From NCBI GenBank assembly GCA_963814275.1, contig CAWFCE010000002.1, forward strand, positions 702,919 through 766,918: 64,000 nucleotides of DNA. Direction: 5' to 3'. Shown here in pieces: positions 60,153-64,000 of the stretch. Origin of the DNA: Candidatus Parcubacteria bacterium. Its GTDB lineage: Bacteria; Patescibacteriota; Patescibacteriia; Patescibacteriales; UBA12075. The notes beneath the pieces were generated by a model, which searched no databases, was not told the DNA's origin, and saw only the letters and a program-made list of their open reading frames with translations. The position numbers and the translations under genes are program-made. The stretch's first letter is position 1, and each line of letters starts with the position of its first letter.

Positions 60153-60696
60153 GTAAACAGTAAATAGTAAGCAGTAAACAGAAACAAAAAACCGCCCTTG
60201 GCAGTTTGGGAACGGAACTTTAATAATCAAATATTATGCGATGGAAGCTTAACTATATGACACAAGATATTAATCATTTTACCCATTTGATCGCCTGGCA
60301 GAAAAACCATTCCGTATTATTGGATTTATATGGTATATCTAAAAAATTTCCCAGTGAAGAATTATTTGTTTTAGTAAGCCAGATAAGAAGAGCCGCTTTA
60401 TCCGTAACCGCTAATTTAGCGGAAGGTTATGGTCGTTATCATATAAAGGATAGGCTCAGATTTTATGTCCAGGCGAGAGGCTCGAATACTGAGCTGCAAA
60501 ATCATATAATAGTAGCTCATGACCTTGATTATATAGACGATTCTGAATTCGAACGATTAAAAGCGGCAATATTCGAAGGCTATAAATTGATTTGCGGATT
60601 AATCAAAAGTACAAATAATATGCTAAATTCCTAAGTTACTAACTTCCTACCGTCGCATAATAAAATTCTGTTTACTGTTTACTATTTACTGTTTAC
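60153..60696. mobile_element. IVS-like cassette: four-helix-bundle gene enclosed by near-perfect 29-bp inverted repeats (60153-60181 / 60668-60696)
   Basis: gtaaacagtaaatagtaagcagtaaacag versus rc of ctgtttactgtttactatttactgtttac (1 mismatch). Confidence 0.55.
60236..60634 (+). CDS. Four-helix-bundle protein (TIGR02436 / 23S rRNA intervening-sequence protein family)
   Basis: HLIAWQK...LLDLY...FPSEELFVLVSQIRRAALSVTANLAEGYGR...FYVQARGSNTELQNHIIVAHDLDYI: typical family signature. Confidence 0.75.
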   Translation: MRWKLNYMTQDINHFTHLIAWQKNHSVLLDLYGISKKFPSEELFVLVSQIRRAALSVTANLAEGYGRYHIKDRLRFYVQARGSNTELQNHIIVAHDLDYIDDSEFERLKAAIFEGYKLICGLIKSTNNMLNS

Positions 60697-60700
60697 TTTT

Positions 60701-62062
60701 TCACACCCCGCTCCTTCTGAAAATCGTGGCGATCGTTTTTAAGACTATCGTCATATCCAGATAGAGCGAGCGGTTTTTGACGTAGTAGAGGTCGTATTGA
60801 AGCTTCTTCAGGGTGTCTTCCTTGGACGGGGAGTGGTATTCGCCCGAGACCTGGTCCCAGCCGGTCGCGCCCGGCTTCACCAGGAGGCGCTCTTCGTAGT
60901 AGGGGATCTCGTACTTCAGGCGGCGGACCAGCTCCGGGCGTTCCGGGCGGGGGCCGATGAAGCTCATCTGGCCCAGGATGACATTGAGCACCTGGGGGAT
61001 CTCGTCGATCCGGGTCTTTCTTAGGAAATTGCCTACCTTGGTCGTGCGCGGATCGTTCGCCAGACTGGGCGACGGGTCCTGGCTGACCGTGTGCTGGGTG
61101 CGGAACTTCAGGATATGGAAGATCCGGCCGTTCTGGCCGACCCGGTCCTGGCTGATGAAGATCGTTTCCTTGTTCTCGATCTTGAGGAGCAGGCCGATTA
61201 TCGGCCAGAAGGGCGCGCTTATCACCAGGATAGAGATGCTTAAGGCCAGGTCATAGGCCCGTTTGAGTAGGTTGTACCACTTCTTATTGCCCTCGCTCAG
61301 ATTCTCGAGGAACCACATCTGGCTGATCGCCTCCAGCGGGATCTTGCCCGTAACCGATTCGTAGAAATTGGCCAGGTTAATGAAATTTATCTTCAGAGGC
61401 AGGCAGGCGAAGAGGATTTGGCGCAGTTCCGGCGACTGGTGCGGATTGGCGGCGAATATGATCGAGCTGACGCGCAGGCGGGTTATGTATTTTTCCAGAT
61501 CAGTGATCTTGTCGGTAATGACAGTATCGTCCCTGGTGCCGCGCGGCAGGCGGCTCGATATTATCAGCTTCACCTCATAGCCGAGATGGGGCTTATCCTC
61601 CAAGGTATCGATCAATTCCTGGACATTGGTATTATAGCCGATCACCGCCAGATGCTCCTTGGGCATCTTGGAGTAGAGCAGCCAATTGAAAAACCGCCGC
61701 CACAAAAGGAACAAGACGATAAATATGGCCAGGTAGATCAAGAGGTTCCTTTTCGGGGCGATCGTAATGCTCGGAGTCGCGTAGAAGAAGACGACCGACA
61801 ACAGTCCCGCGATCACGGCCGAACGGACAGTGTTGACGAAGAATTTCCGGTTGTTGACGGCCATGTGGATATTATAGAGGTCCGCGATATAGAAAATGAA
61901 GATCCAGGCGATGAAAGCGATAGTAAAGGGCAGGAAGTGCGACTGCCAGGCGCTGGCTGAAGGCAGCGCGAAATAACGCACCAACAGGGTGAGGTAAAGG
62001 GAGAGGTAGAGAACGGCGATATCCCCCAAGAGCAGGATAATTTTTTTCAGTCTTTTTTGCAT
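60701..62062 (-). CDS. Polyprenyl-phosphate sugar phosphotransferase (bacterial sugar transferase, WbaP/WcaJ type)
   Basis: 4-5 N-terminal TM helices, central domain, C-terminal KRAYDLALSISIL...RVGQNG..F.ILKFRT...DEIPQVLNVILGQMSFIGPRPERP...KPGATGW. Confidence 0.88.
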   Translation of the reverse strand: MQKRLKKIILLLGDIAVLYLSLYLTLLVRYFALPSASAWQSHFLPFTIAFIAWIFIFYIADLYNIHMAVNNRKFFVNTVRSAVIAGLLSVVFFYATPSITIAPKRNLLIYLAIFIVLFLLWRRFFNWLLYSKMPKEHLAVIGYNTNVQELIDTLEDKPHLGYEVKLIISSRLPRGTRDDTVITDKITDLEKYITRLRVSSIIFAANPHQSPELRQILFACLPLKINFINLANFYESVTGKIPLEAISQMWFLENLSEGNKKWYNLLKRAYDLALSISILVISAPFWPIIGLLLKIENKETIFISQDRVGQNGRIFHILKFRTQHTVSQDPSPSLANDPRTTKVGNFLRKTRIDEIPQVLNVILGQMSFIGPRPERPELVRRLKYEIPYYEERLLVKPGATGWDQVSGEYHSPSKEDTLKKLQYDLYYVKNRSLYLDMTIVLKTIATIFRRSGV

Positions 62063-62221
62063 GCCGCTACTATAGCAAATTTACGGTAATTTTTCAAGTA
62101 TTTTTCCATAAATTAAAGTTGCAAACAGGAAAGATAATTGTTATAATATTATTGAGTGAAAAGTAAAAAAACATTTAAATAATCAGGAAACTTGCAAATC
62201 ACCAATAACCAAGAAACAATC

Positions 62222-62281
62222 ACCAAACAATAACCAAACCTGCCTGCCCTGCCTGCCCTGCCTACCGGCAGGCAGGCAGCA
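62222..62281. promoter_or_regulatory. Perfect GC-rich hairpin built from ctgcc pentamers in the divergent region between the sugar transferase and holB
   Basis: cctgcctgccctgcctgccctgcctaccggcaggcaggcagcaggcagg. Confidence 0.5.
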
Positions 62282-62322
62282 GGCAGGTTGTATCTTGGTT
62301 ATTGGATATTATTAGTTTTTAG

Positions 62323-63366
62323 ATGACAAAAGGTAAATACAACATGAAGTGGCCGCTCATCGGCAATGCTCACATTACCGATTATCTGACCAAAAGCATC
62401 GAACACGGCGATATCAACAGCGCTTATATTTTTGCCGGGCCGGAAGACCTGGGAAAAACCACGACCGCGTATTATTTCGCGCAAATGCTCCTCTGTGAAC
62501 AGCAGTCGAAGGGCGAAGGCGCCCTGCCCTGCTGCGTCTGCCGTTCGTGCCTGAGCCTCAAGAAGGAAGGCCGGGAAGAGAAAACAATAGTCCACGGCGA
62601 TCTGCATATCCTCAGAAAAGCGGCCGACAAAAAGACCATATCCGTCGAAGCGGTCAGGGAGTTCATCCGCATGCTGTCGATGAGTTCCTTTCTGGGCAAT
62701 TACAAGATCGGGATCATCAAGGACGCCGAGAGCTTGAGCTCCGAGGCCGCCAACGCGCTTCTCAAAACCCTGGAAGAACCGCGCGACAACGTGGTTATCA
62801 TCCTGGTAGCGGAAACCGCCGACCGGCTCCCTTTGACGATCCAATCACGCTCCCAAACCCTGATATTCCGCCCCGTGGCGAGCGACCTCATCTACGAGCA
62901 TTTGCTGGCCGCCTATAAGGCGAAACGGAGCGCGGCCAAGCATCTGTCGCGGATGTGCCTGGGCCGCCCCGCCCTGGCCGTGAAAATGTTCGAGGACCGG
63001 GAATTCCTGGCTGAGCAGGAGAAGCAAGCGGACGACTTCATGGCCTACTGCCTGGAAAACCTGAACGAGCGCCTGATCGGGGTCAGCGAGCTGCTGGGCA
63101 AGCTAGGCGGCCAGGAAGCGGTCGAACGAGCGAAGCTGGCCATCGACACCTGGCGGGGAGTGCTCAGGGACCGCCTGCTCTGGGAGTACAACCTGCCCGA
63201 CCGCCTGCGCTACGATAATCTGGCGGAAAAACAGCGCACGCTGAGTGCCCGCCTGCCGATAGACAGCACCCTGAAGCTCCTCAACATGATGGAACGGTCC
63301 CGCGTTTATCTCGAAGCCAATGTCAGTCCCAGGTTGGTGCTGGAGCAAATTGTGATTAATATCTAA
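62323..63366 (+). CDS. holB: DNA polymerase III delta-prime subunit
   Basis: AYIFAGPEDLGKTTTAYYFAQMLLCEQQ, Cys cluster CCVCRSC, SRSQTLIF sensor-like motif, ~347 aa. Confidence 0.82.
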   Translation: MTKGKYNMKWPLIGNAHITDYLTKSIEHGDINSAYIFAGPEDLGKTTTAYYFAQMLLCEQQSKGEGALPCCVCRSCLSLKKEGREEKTIVHGDLHILRKAADKKTISVEAVREFIRMLSMSSFLGNYKIGIIKDAESLSSEAANALLKTLEEPRDNVVIILVAETADRLPLTIQSRSQTLIFRPVASDLIYEHLLAAYKAKRSAAKHLSRMCLGRPALAVKMFEDREFLAEQEKQADDFMAYCLENLNERLIGVSELLGKLGGQEAVERAKLAIDTWRGVLRDRLLWEYNLPDRLRYDNLAEKQRTLSARLPIDSTLKLLNMMERSRVYLEANVSPRLVLEQIVINI

Positions 63367-63377
63367 AATTCTTCTAT

Positions 63378-63545
63378 TATCAATAATCCTTTTTTAATTT
63401 TCAATAATCCAGTAACTCAATAATCCAAACAATATTTAATTATCAATATCAAATATAAAAACAAAGTTATTCGAATAGTCAGTTTGAAAATTAAATATTT
63501 ATTATTGATTGAAAATTGGATAATTAAAAATTGGATTATTAATAG
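63378..63545. repeat. Family B palindromic element copy 3
   Basis: caataatccagtaactcaataatccaaacaatatttaat ... gaaaattggataattaaaaattggattattaatag. Confidence 0.6.
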
Positions 63546-63572
63546 ATTTTTCTTATAATAAAATTTTTTATA

Positions 63573-64000
63573 TGAATAAAAAATTATTAATAATATTGAT
63601 AGCCTCTTTGTTTGTTACCTCCGGCTGTATCAATGTCAATTCCAAGAATGATACTTCGGCGATCGACGGCGGCATTTTCAAATCGACTGATAACGGCGCG
63701 ACCTGGGCGCAGAAATCACTGATCGCCGCCACTGCCGGGCGTCCCAATTTCGCCGGGACCGATATTGCCAGCTGGGAAATGGACCCGGAGGACAGCCAGG
63801 CGATATATTATGCTCCGATTGGGAACGGCCTCTTCTACACCTATGACGGCGGCAGCAGCTGGATGCGGGCAGCCGGCCTGGGCAATGTCACGGTCAGGTC
63901 GATCGCCGTCGACCCGCGGGACAAATGCACGATCTATGCCACGGTCGGCAACCGGGTGTTCAAATCCAGCGACTGCAGCCGCAGCTGGCAGCAAAAATAC
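63573..64000 (+). CDS. Partial lipoprotein with BNR/sortilin-type (Ycf48-like) beta-propeller repeats; continues beyond the window
   Basis: Lipobox LFVTSGC; SxDxGxTW-type repeats (STDNGATWAQ, TYDGGSSWMR, FKSSDCSRSWQQ). Confidence 0.6.

Noticed and set aside
60153-60696. The four-helix-bundle cassette as evidence of a 23S rRNA gene here
   Set aside because: No recognisable 23S rRNA conserved sequence on either side; flanks are AT-rich spacer and protein-coding genes.

Overview
This 64 kb bacterial chromosomal window has moderately GC-rich coding sequence and AT-rich intergenic DNA. No rRNA, tRNA, CRISPR array or classical IS/transposase could be recognised by eye.

Recognisable genes, in order:
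- a partial 7TM sensor-type membrane protein on the minus strand
- valS, class I valyl-tRNA synthetase carrying a ~130 aa YqfB/ASCH-like domain insertion bracketed by 27-bp inverted DNA repeats
- an FNR-like FAD/NAD(P) oxidoreductase, ApbE flavin transferase and bis-heme ferric-reductase-like membrane protein cluster, decorated with thrombospondin-type-3 Ca-binding repeats
- a CAP/SCP secreted protein
- a 2170-aa alpha-2-macroglobulin (thioester CSEQ) convergent with PBP1C (pbpC)
- a DUF3048 secreted protein and other secreted proteins
- an M19-like dipeptidase
- Fe/Mn superoxide dismutase, peroxiredoxin and a VOC/glyoxalase protein
- two small GIY-YIG (COG2827-type) genes
- a frameshifted sulfotransferase
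- an ECF-S-like membrane protein plus a DUF4430 lipoprotein
- a ~13.7 kb AT-rich polysaccharide-biosynthesis island in which almost every gene is broken into frameshifted fragments (glycosyltransferases, wecB, methyltransferases, rtcB-like, CDP-alcohol phosphatidyltransferase, wzx, FAD-oxidoreductase)
- a bifunctional ATP-sulfurylase/APS-kinase split by three +1 frameshifts
- two paralogous secreted LCAT-like alpha/beta hydrolases flanking a ~1.4 kb higher-order tandem array built from a 24-bp unit
- a four-helix-bundle (rRNA-IVS type) gene enclosed by 29-bp inverted repeats
- a WbaP-type sugar transferase
- holB
- a partial BNR-repeat lipoprotein

The window is unusually rich in at least four unrelated families of intergenic palindromic or tandem repeats. 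All calls rest on by-eye motif recognition, with no database search.
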